39,137 nt of DNA from a virus (lineage: Duplodnaviria; Caudoviricetes), in the IMG/VR virus record IMGVR_UViG_3300033406_000017, positions 1 through 39,137 of that record. One strand, written 5' to 3'. The position numbers and the translations under genes are program-made. Each line of letters opens with the position of its first letter. The stretch's first letter is position 1. Shown one piece after another: positions 31,322-39,137 of this stretch. Under the pieces are notes generated by a model, which worked only from the letters and a program-made list of their open reading frames with translations, was not told where the DNA came from and made no database searches.

Positions 31322-32050
31322 ATGTGCGACGGATATTCATGGATTTATTACGCAGCAGCGGCAGCGGCAGCGGCATACGGGGCTAATGCTCAGGCCGAAG
31401 CCACGAATGACGCCGCCGACAAACAGGCCGCCGCAATGAATGCAGCGCTTGAGCAACAGGATCAATGGTCCCGCAAGGCTGAAGAAAAGGCCATTGATAA
31501 CGCACAAGAGTACGAAATGACAGACCGTACTCAAAAGTTTGAAGACACGCGAAAAGAGGCTGGCGACTCTCTTGTTCAGTCGCTTATCAAGTCACGCGAA
31601 CAATCGTCTTCTCCGGATCAGGCCGCAGGTCGTCTTTCTGAGTCATTCACAACTGACCGTGCCAGCAAGCTATCGGACCAGTTCCAAGAGTCTGTTGATA
31701 TGGCTCGGCTGATGGGCAAGATGCGGGGAACTCGCGACATGATCGGCAACGAAGCGATCACCAATGCTGACTACGCAAGCCAGATGGGAATTATCGGCAG
31801 AAACGCACAAGGCGATTACAGCGCTGCTCAACCGGGTATTGCACAGGCTGGACGGGTAGATGGAACAAAGATGGCAACCGGAGCGCTGATGCAGTCGCTC
31901 GGCACCTCTTATTTGGCATCTGGCCTTGGTAGTGCATTCGGTGGAACAACGACCGCCGGGGCTGACGTTGGCAATGGCGTAGGCAATGCAAATCTGCTGA
32001 GTAACGGTAACTCGGTTGGTAATTTCGCCAAGCTAGGGATGATGGGCTAA
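31322..32050 (+). CDS. Internal virion/ejection protein
   Basis: MC start, poly-Ala, Gly-rich hydrophobic C-terminus. Confidence 0.65.
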   Translation: MCDGYSWIYYAAAAAAAAYGANAQAEATNDAADKQAAAMNAALEQQDQWSRKAEEKAIDNAQEYEMTDRTQKFEDTRKEAGDSLVQSLIKSREQSSSPDQAAGRLSESFTTDRASKLSDQFQESVDMARLMGKMRGTRDMIGNEAITNADYASQMGIIGRNAQGDYSAAQPGIAQAGRVDGTKMATGALMQSLGTSYLASGLGSAFGGTTTAGADVGNGVGNANLLSNGNSVGNFAKLGMMG

Positions 32051-33441
32051 TGGCTAATCCATACGCACAAGCAAGCGCCATTGCAGCGCCTTTTGCACAG
32101 ATCGGCAATCAATTGATGAGCGGCCAAAATGCTTACGAGCAAGGCCGAACAAAGATGGCGCAGGTTATGGCGCAGGAAGCGCAGATGAGGGCGCATTCCG
32201 ACCTATTCAACGCTCAGGCAGACAAAGCCAGATCAGAAGCACAGATTGCACAACATCGCGCCCAGTATCAAACGCCTGAATTCGCCACCAAGCTCGCCGC
32301 CAATTTGGCCGGCTTGAGCGAAGCGCAGGGTGGAGAACTTGCGGGTTATCAACAGCGGGGCAATTGGGGCGTTAAACCAGGCGCCACGCTTCCTCCGGAT
32401 CAGTCCGGCCCACCAATGCCGGATATGCCGGCTTCTGTGCCTGAGTGGTACAAGCCGGACGTAGAACGTCGATTTAATCAGGCGCGTGGTGTTGCGCTTG
32501 GCAACATTGCCGGGACCGGAAACAGCAAGATCGACGACATGACAAAAGCGTTTGTCGATTTGCTAGCTCGAAACGACTACGACGCATCTAAGTCATCGCC
32601 ACAGGCATTGATGCAATACGCGCAATCGCAATATGCACAGAAGGGTGGCGCTCCGTTCCATCAAGGCGCTAACGGCGTTGCTAACGTTCTTACCGGGCAA
32701 GAGAACTTGAACGCGGTCGGTACTAGCGCAGCAATGGAAAACCGCGCCCAAGCTGGCAATGCTTCCGCAAGTGCCGCATTGCATCGGGCGCAGATTCCTG
32801 AAGTTCAGGCGCGCACAGAATTGACCAAGTCGAAAATCGGCCAAGCACAGACCATCACCATGCCGGATGGAACGGTTGTTTCTACTGGCGCACCGATGCC
32901 TAAGCTCACAGAAATTCAGGCTAAGTCGCAATTGTTCGGCTCGCGTGCCGCAGAGGCCGACCGCCTGATTCGCGAACTGGAAGGTAAATATTCTCCGGCT
33001 GCGATTAACGCCAAGATGGGTGCTGAAGGCGTTTGGGGAGTTGGTGGAGCGCTCGGCGCGGCTGGTAACGCCATGCTTTCAAAAGAAGGGCAGATGGCCG
33101 AGCAGGCGCAGCGCGATTTCATCAATGCAGTTCTGCGCCAGGAATCCGGTGCAGTTATTGGGGAGTCAGAGTTCTCCAACGCCAAGAAGCAATACTTCCC
33201 GCAGCCAGGCGACAGCAAGGAAGTTCTGGCGCAAAAAATGAACAATCGGCGGCTGGCGATTGAAGGCCTAAAGGTAATGGCCGGACCAGCTTCTAGCCTT
33301 GTCAATTACGGCGGTAAGCCTCAGCAAAACGGTAATGCTTCAGCGCTAGCAGAAGCAAAGGCAGCGATTCAGGCCGGCGCACCAAGAGAGCTTGTTATCC
33401 AGCGGTTAAAGCAGATGGGCATCGATGGAGGCGGCATCTAA
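32050..33441 (+). CDS. Ejection protein (P22 gp20 position)
   Basis: A/Q-rich; QAQRDFINAVLRQESGAVIGESEF...YFPQPGDS module. Confidence 0.65.
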   Translation: MANPYAQASAIAAPFAQIGNQLMSGQNAYEQGRTKMAQVMAQEAQMRAHSDLFNAQADKARSEAQIAQHRAQYQTPEFATKLAANLAGLSEAQGGELAGYQQRGNWGVKPGATLPPDQSGPPMPDMPASVPEWYKPDVERRFNQARGVALGNIAGTGNSKIDDMTKAFVDLLARNDYDASKSSPQALMQYAQSQYAQKGGAPFHQGANGVANVLTGQENLNAVGTSAAMENRAQAGNASASAALHRAQIPEVQARTELTKSKIGQAQTITMPDGTVVSTGAPMPKLTEIQAKSQLFGSRAAEADRLIRELEGKYSPAAINAKMGAEGVWGVGGALGAAGNAMLSKEGQMAEQAQRDFINAVLRQESGAVIGESEFSNAKKQYFPQPGDSKEVLAQKMNNRRLAIEGLKVMAGPASSLVNYGGKPQQNGNASALAEAKAAIQAGAPRELVIQRLKQMGIDGGGI

Positions 33442-35477
33442 TGGGCGCTTTCGACGATCTGATCCCGCAACAGAGCAAGGCCGGTTCGTTTGCTGATCTT
33501 GTTCCAAGCCAGCCAGCACAACAACCGCGCCAGGCTATGCCACAACAAGAACTGTCGATGGCCGAACGCGTCGTGTCTGCGCTGCCGAAAGGCGTTAAGG
33601 ACTGGTTATCGAATCCTTCTGTTGCCGGGGTGAATATCGGCAAAGGATCGGCGGTTAATGGCGCAATGATGGGCGCTGCTGATCCTGTGGTTGGTGCTGT
33701 TCAGCTTTCTACTGGCGGCCAGTCTTCCGCTGTCAATCAAGCCATTGACCAGAAGAACGCAGAGTATGAACAAGCGCGTCAAGGACTAGGAATAGAAGGC
33801 TTTGACGCTGCACGACTGGCCGGAAATATCGCATCGCCTGCAAACTTGGCAATCGCCCAAATTGCGCCGATAAATGCTGTTACGACTGGCGGAAAGATTA
33901 TCCAAGGCGCGCGCGCTGGCCTTGCTGGTGGAGTTTCTGCGCCTGTGCTGAATGCAGATGAAGGATACCTTGGCGAAAAAGCCGTACAGGGCGCAGCAGG
34001 TGCTTTAGCTGGTGGTTTGCTAACGCCTGTCGCTTCGAAAGTTGGTGATTCGATTGCTCGTAAGGCGCTCACCATGTCGCCGGCTGAAATCACTAAGCGT
34101 ACTGACGACGTGATGCTTGAAGCGGTCCAGCGTCTTCAGCGTGATGGCGTGACGATTGGTCCGTCTGACTTGAATCGTCTGCGCGCCGAAGTAGCAAAAT
34201 CATTGAAGGACGGCATTGAAGTAGATGCTTCGGCTCTTGCTCGAAAGGCAGACTTTGAGGCACTCGGAATGCAGCCGACGCTCGGCCAGATTACCCGCGA
34301 TGGCGCACAGTTCTCACGCGAAAAGAACCTTCGCGGGGTGGCTGGTGTTGGCGAACCTCTTTTGCAAAGGTTCGACTCGCAAGCACAGCGCTTGCAGGCA
34401 TTGCTAGCCGGAAAGTCTTCCGGAGCAGTTGATGAATTTTCGGCAGGCCAGAAGTTCATGCAGTCTCTACAAGGCGTAGATGACGGCATGAAAGATAAGG
34501 TCAATGATGCTTACGCCAAGGCTAAAGACCATCTAGGGCGGGCTGCGCCTATGGACTCTGCAGCTTTCAGCAAAGAGGCGAATTACTCCCTTGATAACGA
34601 GATGTTGGGCGGTGTTCTGCCTACTCAGGTACGAAACATCCTGAATGATGTGACGCTAGGAAAAATTCCGTTCAACGTCAATACAGCAGTGCAGATTGAC
34701 CAGACGCTAAGCCGTATTCAGCGAGGCGCATCTGATGCTGAAAAGTACGCTATCGGAAAGGTGCGTGATGCACTAAATAAAGCGCCGATTGCTGACAACG
34801 TTGGCGAAGATGCAAAACTGATGTTCGATCAGGCGAGAGGCATTGCCAAGAATCGCTTTGATACGCACAAGGCAATTCCAGCTTTGAAAGCTGCGATTGA
34901 TGGCGATATTTCGGCCCAAGACTTTACGCGCCGATTCCTGATTAACGGCAAGGCAGAGGATGTTGCAAACCTCGCCAAAGTTATGCCAGATGACGCGAAA
35001 CAAGAGGCCCGTCGCCAGCTTGGCTCAGCGCTTGAGCGTGCCGCCTTTGGGCAGAACACAACTGGCGATAAGGCGTTCGCGCAAGAGTCGTTCGCCAAGT
35101 TCATCAATCAGCCTGGAATGAAGCAGAAGATCGCTGCTTTCTTCTCGCCGCAAGAGGTGCAGGAGATTGAACGAATTAGCCGTGTTGGTGCGTATATGTC
35201 TAGCTTCCCGGCAAATAACACGGTGAATACTTCAAACACGGCGGGAGCAATGATGAACCTTCTAAGCCGCGTTCCTGGCGTTCCAGCAAGCGTGAATATG
35301 CTTACCGCAGCAAAGAACGCTGCGCAGAATCAGTCTGCTGTGAAATCAGCGATGGCCGCAAAGCCGGGACAGTCGCCGTTTAAGGTCAGCCCAGAACAGG
35401 CTGAACTCCTCTCCCGCGTTTTGGGGTTCGGGATGGGCGGGATCGCCGGGTCGGCTGGAACGGGTATAGGGAACTGA
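33441..35477 (+). CDS. Large ejection protein (P22 gp16 position)
   Basis: FDDLIP/FADLVP repeats; Gly/Ala-rich membrane-active segments; PTLGQITRD. Confidence 0.65.
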   Translation: MGAFDDLIPQQSKAGSFADLVPSQPAQQPRQAMPQQELSMAERVVSALPKGVKDWLSNPSVAGVNIGKGSAVNGAMMGAADPVVGAVQLSTGGQSSAVNQAIDQKNAEYEQARQGLGIEGFDAARLAGNIASPANLAIAQIAPINAVTTGGKIIQGARAGLAGGVSAPVLNADEGYLGEKAVQGAAGALAGGLLTPVASKVGDSIARKALTMSPAEITKRTDDVMLEAVQRLQRDGVTIGPSDLNRLRAEVAKSLKDGIEVDASALARKADFEALGMQPTLGQITRDGAQFSREKNLRGVAGVGEPLLQRFDSQAQRLQALLAGKSSGAVDEFSAGQKFMQSLQGVDDGMKDKVNDAYAKAKDHLGRAAPMDSAAFSKEANYSLDNEMLGGVLPTQVRNILNDVTLGKIPFNVNTAVQIDQTLSRIQRGASDAEKYAIGKVRDALNKAPIADNVGEDAKLMFDQARGIAKNRFDTHKAIPALKAAIDGDISAQDFTRRFLINGKAEDVANLAKVMPDDAKQEARRQLGSALERAAFGQNTTGDKAFAQESFAKFINQPGMKQKIAAFFSPQEVQEIERISRVGAYMSSFPANNTVNTSNTAGAMMNLLSRVPGVPASVNMLTAAKNAAQNQSAVKSAMAAKPGQSPFKVSPEQAELLSRVLGFGMGGIAGSAGTGIGN

Positions 35478-35546
35478 AGAAATGACCCATCCCCATAAAA
35501 CAATCCCTATCGGTGCCGCCAGGTATTTAAGCCACTCGTAATCCAC
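35346..35546 (-). CDS. Possible small antisense membrane protein
   Basis: GGAG SD then GTG 35546; WLKYLAAPIGIVLWGWVIS TM segment occupies the intergenic gap. Confidence 0.35.
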   Translation of the reverse strand: MDYEWLKYLAAPIGIVLWGWVISSVPYTRSSRPGDPAHPEPQNAGEEFSLFWADLKRRLSRLCGHR

Positions 35547-35556
35547 AGGACTCCAT

Positions 35557-36864
35557 ATGTCACAACCGACGCCATACACGCCGACGACTGATTTCAGTCA
35601 GCAGGAAGCAAATAACGCATCTGGCCGCAGCACGGTAAATACTGCTGCGCTTGATGCAGAGTTTGCTGCAGTAGAGGCAACTTTAGACCAAACGCTTGCA
35701 AATATCCAACTTATTCAGCGCGACGACGGAAAACTTGCTGATCTAGTCGTTGATATTCATACGCTAACGCCAGAGGTTTTGAATCTTATTGGCGGGTTTG
35801 AAATCAAGGGAGATTGGGCGTCTTCAACTGCATATTTTATCGATGACTTGGTAATCAATGGTGATTATCAATATGTTTGCAAAGAAAACCATACGTCTGG
35901 CGTTTCGTTTAACTCTACGTATTGGAAGAAGTTTGGATTTACTGCCGGTTCAGATGCGGCGCAAGCAGCGGCAAACGCACAGGCCAGCGAGAACGCTGCC
36001 GCTCTGAGCGAGGCCAACGCTCTGGCTTACAAGAACGCTGCTCAATCTAGCGCGACAGACTCAGCAAATAGCGCCTTGTCATCGTCAAATAGCGCAACAG
36101 CAGCAAATGCAAGCGCATCTTCTGCATCGTCTTCTGCTACCGCAGCAGCAAATAGTGCAGCAGCAGCGGCTGCGAGTTCTTCTTCTTCTGTTGTTGGTGG
36201 GTTTAAAAACAAGATCATCAACGGTGATTTTAGAGTCAATCAGCGCGCTTATGCATCTGCCGCGGCTGTTGGCTCCGGACTGTATGGGCATGACCGATGG
36301 AAAATGGCTGCCAGTGCTGATACATACACGTTCAGCACAACGGCAAATAAAACTACTGTGACAATTCCTGCCGGTAAGGTTCTACGCCAAGTAGTCGAAG
36401 GACTAAACCTACAGACTGGAACGTACACTCTTAGTTGGGAAGGGACTGCGCAAGGAAAGATCGGTGCAGGCGCTTACGGAGCAAGTGGAATCACTGGCTC
36501 AATAACTGGTGGAACTAATACGACCATCGAGTTTGGTCCGGGTACTGTTGCAAACGTTCAGCTTGAAATCGGAACCTCTGCAACTCCGTTTGAAGACAGA
36601 CCTATTGGCGCAGAAGAGCAACTTTGCATGCGCTACGCCGAAGCCGGTACGGCTTGCCGTGGGACGAACTACGGATCGTCAGCCCAGCGTGTCAACGTGC
36701 CGATTTACTTCAAGGTCAAGAAACGCGCAACTCCTGCTACGTTCACAATTTCGACCGGAGCAGTCGATTATGCAACAGTTGATGGGATTGGCGTTTATGC
36801 GCTCTCTGTTGCATCAGGTGGTGAATACAGCCCAGGCGCTTACTTTGTATCTGCGGACCTATAA
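35557..36864 (+). CDS. Tail fibre / receptor-binding protein
   Basis: Virion-anchor N-terminus; W.SSTAY..DDLV...YVC..NHTS module; Ala/Ser-rich shaft; NKIINGDFRVNQR...VQLEIGTSATPFE head. Confidence 0.85.
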   Translation: MSQPTPYTPTTDFSQQEANNASGRSTVNTAALDAEFAAVEATLDQTLANIQLIQRDDGKLADLVVDIHTLTPEVLNLIGGFEIKGDWASSTAYFIDDLVINGDYQYVCKENHTSGVSFNSTYWKKFGFTAGSDAAQAAANAQASENAAALSEANALAYKNAAQSSATDSANSALSSSNSATAANASASSASSSATAAANSAAAAAASSSSSVVGGFKNKIINGDFRVNQRAYASAAAVGSGLYGHDRWKMAASADTYTFSTTANKTTVTIPAGKVLRQVVEGLNLQTGTYTLSWEGTAQGKIGAGAYGASGITGSITGGTNTTIEFGPGTVANVQLEIGTSATPFEDRPIGAEEQLCMRYAEAGTACRGTNYGSSAQRVNVPIYFKVKKRATPATFTISTGAVDYATVDGIGVYALSVASGGEYSPGAYFVSADL

Positions 36865-36866
36865 CC

Positions 36867-37229
36867 ATGTTCAAGCTTAATAGATCAGGAACATTCGCCA
36901 ACAAAATTGGCACTACGGAGTGGCATAACGTAGATTCATCTACCGAATATCTGGCATGGATAGGCGCTGGAAATAATCCGGAACAACCTGACCAATACGC
37001 CGTTTATTCAGCCACTCCGTGGCAGATTCGAAAGGCGCTAACTGCGCTCTCATTGCGCCAGCAAGTTGAATATGCTGTTGCCGCAAGCTCGGATCAAGAA
37101 GTTAAAGACGGCTGGGAGTTTGCTACTGAATTCCGGTCCGACGATCCGTTTGTAATTGCCATTGGCGCAGCTGTCGGCAAAACAGCAGAAGAAACGGCAC
37201 AGGTTATCAACTACGCGAGCACTTTGTGA
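36867..37229 (+). CDS. Tail fibre assembly/chaperone-like protein
   Basis: EYLAWIGAGNNPE; TPWQIRKAL...WEFATEFRSDDP; follows fibre. Confidence 0.65.
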   Translation: MFKLNRSGTFANKIGTTEWHNVDSSTEYLAWIGAGNNPEQPDQYAVYSATPWQIRKALTALSLRQQVEYAVAASSDQEVKDGWEFATEFRSDDPFVIAIGAAVGKTAEETAQVINYASTL

Positions 37230-37561
37230 TGCCGGAAAAAGACCCAAACAACTGGAACGTAGCGCACATGTGGCCGTGGTGCCTGACCCTTGGAATAAGC
37301 ATCGCAGCGACCGTTGCCCAGTATGCGCAAAAGGTGCGAGCCGGTGAGCAATTCCTTTGGCGAAGCCTGCTGATGGATGGCTCGATCTGCATCTTCGTAG
37401 GACTAGTCACTCATATGATATGCGTCGCCTCCGGAATCGACGAGGCATGGCGCAGCGTCATCGTTGCGATTAACGCCCACATGGGAACCCGCGCCGCTAT
37501 GCAGTGGGAGCGCTTGCGGGATCGCGTACTTGGGATTGAGTCTATCGGTGATGGCAAATGA
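37229..37561 (+). CDS. Holin
   Basis: MPEKDPNNW N-terminus; about 3 TM segments; AHMGTRA; precedes endolysin. Confidence 0.85.
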   Translation: MPEKDPNNWNVAHMWPWCLTLGISIAATVAQYAQKVRAGEQFLWRSLLMDGSICIFVGLVTHMICVASGIDEAWRSVIVAINAHMGTRAAMQWERLRDRVLGIESIGDGK

Positions 37562-37983
37562 CCACGCAAATAACTATCGAAGACTACTGGATGGGCCGCG
37601 ACAAATCCTATCCGGATGACCTGACAGACACCACTCGAGCTAATGCAACCGATACCGTCAGCAAGATTAACCTTCTACTGTTCCATGCGGTTAAAGATGG
37701 CGTTGTGTTGATTTCAAGCAACAAGCGCAGCCTGGTCAATTCTGGCTGGAGACCGCCTGCCGTCAATTCGGCGACTAAAAAGGCAGCGGCCAAGTCTCGG
37801 CACATGACAGGCCAAGCCTGCGACATCAGCGATCCTACAGGAAAGTTTGGCAAATGGTGCTTGGCAAATCTTGATGAACTGGAAGCAATCGGCCTATGGA
37901 TGGAGGCCAAGGAGGCAACGCCTTCATGGGTTCATCTCCAGACGATTCCGCCAGGCTCTGGAAAGCGAGTATTTCACCCATGA
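37558..37983 (+). CDS. Endolysin, peptidase M15 family
   Basis: SGWRPPAVN; SRHMTGQACD (H-x6-D); WVHLQ. Confidence 0.9.
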   Translation: MTTQITIEDYWMGRDKSYPDDLTDTTRANATDTVSKINLLLFHAVKDGVVLISSNKRSLVNSGWRPPAVNSATKKAAAKSRHMTGQACDISDPTGKFGKWCLANLDELEAIGLWMEAKEATPSWVHLQTIPPGSGKRVFHP

Positions 37984-38435
37984 ATCCGCTACTGATTAAA
38001 GCGCTGGCAATCATCGCATTCATTGCGGCTGCATTTACTGCCGGATGCGTTGAAGGCCGCGATCAGGTGCAACACAAGTGGGATGACGCAAATGTAGCCC
38101 AAGCCAAGGTTGCTTTCGATGCGGCGATGGAAAGCCGAGCAAAAGAACAATTCATGCAGCAACAACTCAATGAGGCCATCAATGCCGCTTCTGAACGTGA
38201 AAAGAAAATCCGTGCTGATTACGCTGCTGCCAATGCTGCTGCTGTCGGCTTGCGCGACTCAGTCACCACCCTCCGTAGTAAGTTGTCCGTCGCTACCGTC
38301 GAAGCCTGCCGTGGAACTGCCGAGTCAGCGCTTGCCGTATTCAGCGAGTGCGCGGATCAATATAGAGAAGTGGCAGAAGCGGCTGACCGATACGGATCAA
38401 GCGCAACAACCTTGAATGATGCTTGGCCGGAATAA
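37980..38435 (+). CDS. Rz-like inner-membrane spanin
   Basis: N-terminal TM then coiled coil; start moved to ATG 37980. Confidence 0.8.
   Translation: MNPLLIKALAIIAFIAAAFTAGCVEGRDQVQHKWDDANVAQAKVAFDAAMESRAKEQFMQQQLNEAINAASEREKKIRADYAAANAAAVGLRDSVTTLRSKLSVATVEACRGTAESALAVFSECADQYREVAEAADRYGSSATTLNDAWPE
38182..38415 (+). CDS. Rz1-like outer-membrane lipoprotein spanin embedded in Rz
   Basis: Alternate frame MPLLNVKRKSVLITLLPMLLLSA-C lipobox; Pro-rich mature part; GAGG SD. Confidence 0.8.
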   Translation: MPLLNVKRKSVLITLLPMLLLSACATQSPPSVVSCPSLPSKPAVELPSQRLPYSASARINIEKWQKRLTDTDQAQQP

Positions 38436-38692
38436 TGGATAACTGCCTGACCTATGCGCTTCGCGTCTGGAAGTACGGACGAAAAGGCGATCATCTAGTC
38501 GTAAGACGATCAAGGTTTGGCTGGTTTCCGCATTTCTCGGTGCTATTCGAGATGTCAAACGGCGATCTGATACGAAAAGAATACGTGCCAATCAAGCCGG
38601 TTAATCGATTGATTCCTCCGCTCTTCTTCAAGGGCAAGGAAGTAACAACTACCTATCGGATAGAGAAAGTCGAGGACAATCATGGACGCTGA
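38435..38692 (+). CDS. Hypothetical phage protein
   Basis: NCLTYALRVW...RRSRFGWFPHF...PPLFFKG; TAATG coupling. Confidence 0.65.
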   Translation: MDNCLTYALRVWKYGRKGDHLVVRRSRFGWFPHFSVLFEMSNGDLIRKEYVPIKPVNRLIPPLFFKGKEVTTTYRIEKVEDNHGR

Positions 38693-38807
38693 AATTGTTG
38701 ATCTTGCCAAGTGGAGAGTCTCGCATCCTCCACATGCTAAATTCGTTCAGTCGTATCTGCGTTGCTATGTAGCATGGAGTAGGTTGTGGTTTCCTTGGCT
38801 GAAATGA
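38682..38807 (+). CDS. Small hypothetical protein (41 aa)
   Basis: MDAEIVDLAKWRVSHPP...WSRLWFPWLK; GAGG SD. Confidence 0.5.
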   Translation: MDAEIVDLAKWRVSHPPHAKFVQSYLRCYVAWSRLWFPWLK

Positions 38808-38839
38808 AAAAGCCCGGCTATCCGTGAGGACGCCGGGCT
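38807..38839. terminator. Terminator between late operon and convergent gene
   Basis: AGCCCGGC / GCCGGGCT stem with U tract on the - strand. Confidence 0.6.
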
Positions 38840-38864
38840 GTGATTTCGCGTTTTACCTGTTATT

Positions 38865-38907
38865 CAACTACTAATTTGGCTTGAATTAGTAGTTGGTTAG
38901 TAGTTGA
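38865..38907. repeat. Inverted and direct repeats resembling the left-end arm sites
   Basis: CAACTACTAATT / AATTAGTAGTTG IR plus a further TTAGTAGTTG copy. Confidence 0.6.
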
Positions 38908-38923
38908 GCTTTTTTCTTGTTGT

Positions 38924-39137
38924 TCAATTGACGCGGATTGCGAAGACATCAACCGGGTCAGGGCCAAAGTGCTGATGCGTTCGCGTCTGCAACTCAAAGC
39001 CGCACCATGGGCGTTCAATGATCCGTTCGGTATCGCCGGTTTTCGGATATCCGCGCTTGATGAAAATTCGGTCGAATGACTTTCCTTCAAGGCGTTTTGC
39101 CCACTTCGACACCAGGCGAAATTCAAACAGCTTCGTA
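38924..39137 (-). CDS. ASCH-domain protein, 5' end outside the window
   Basis: ...TKLFEFRLVSKWAKRL...RGYPK.GD.ERII..PW.GFE..T.TH.HFGPDPVDVFAIRV. Confidence 0.7.
   Translation of the reverse strand, partial: TKLFEFRLVSKWAKRLEGKSFDRIFIKRGYPKTGDTERIIERPWCGFELQTRTHQHFGPDPVDVFAIRVN

Larger units (their letters stand above)
127..39137. mobile_element. Temperate prophage (lambdoid early region, short-tail structural module); right end not reached or not identified
   Basis: Continuous int-xis, recombination, immunity, replication, nin, packaging, head, tail and lysis gene order. Confidence 0.95.

Noticed and set aside
35557-36864. Diversity-generating retroelement or invertible tail-fibre cassette
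   Set aside because: No reverse transcriptase, invertase or TR/VR repeat pair was seen in the window

Overview
The window is almost entirely one temperate prophage with lambdoid early genes and P22/T7-like short-tail (podovirus-type) morphogenesis genes, most likely in a betaproteobacterial host (Rhodocyclales-like; inference from the host gene fragments). Positions 1-126 are host DNA: the start of a yafS-like methyltransferase on the - strand and the first ~9 codons of a divergent gloB-like gene that the prophage appears to interrupt. Next come a lambda-type int/xis and a long leftward early operon (small mosaic ORFs, ssb, exonuclease, ERF recombinase, 27-bp-repeat protein). The immunity region has PL, PR, operators, a short repressor, cro and a cII-like gene. 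Replication (initiator plus DnaC-like loader), NinB/NinG, terminase, an SGNH esterase, portal, scaffold, capsid, tail, ejection proteins, tail fibre and a holin/M15 endolysin/Rz-Rz1 cassette follow. attR is not visible in the window. The most striking unexplained structure is a ~1 kb non-coding array (9396-10370) in the PL transcript. It holds six tRNA-shaped RNAs: one near-canonical tRNA-Gly(UCC), one Gly-bodied tRNA with an ACU anticodon, and four that keep acceptor/D/T-like arms but carry variable payloads in place of the anticodon arm; several are chained by overlapping stems. A second notable signal is a 14-bp motif at fixed spacing from a -10-like hexamer at four late-gene positions, in a phage with no recognisable Q antiterminator. 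All family assignments are by motif recognition only; no searches were run.
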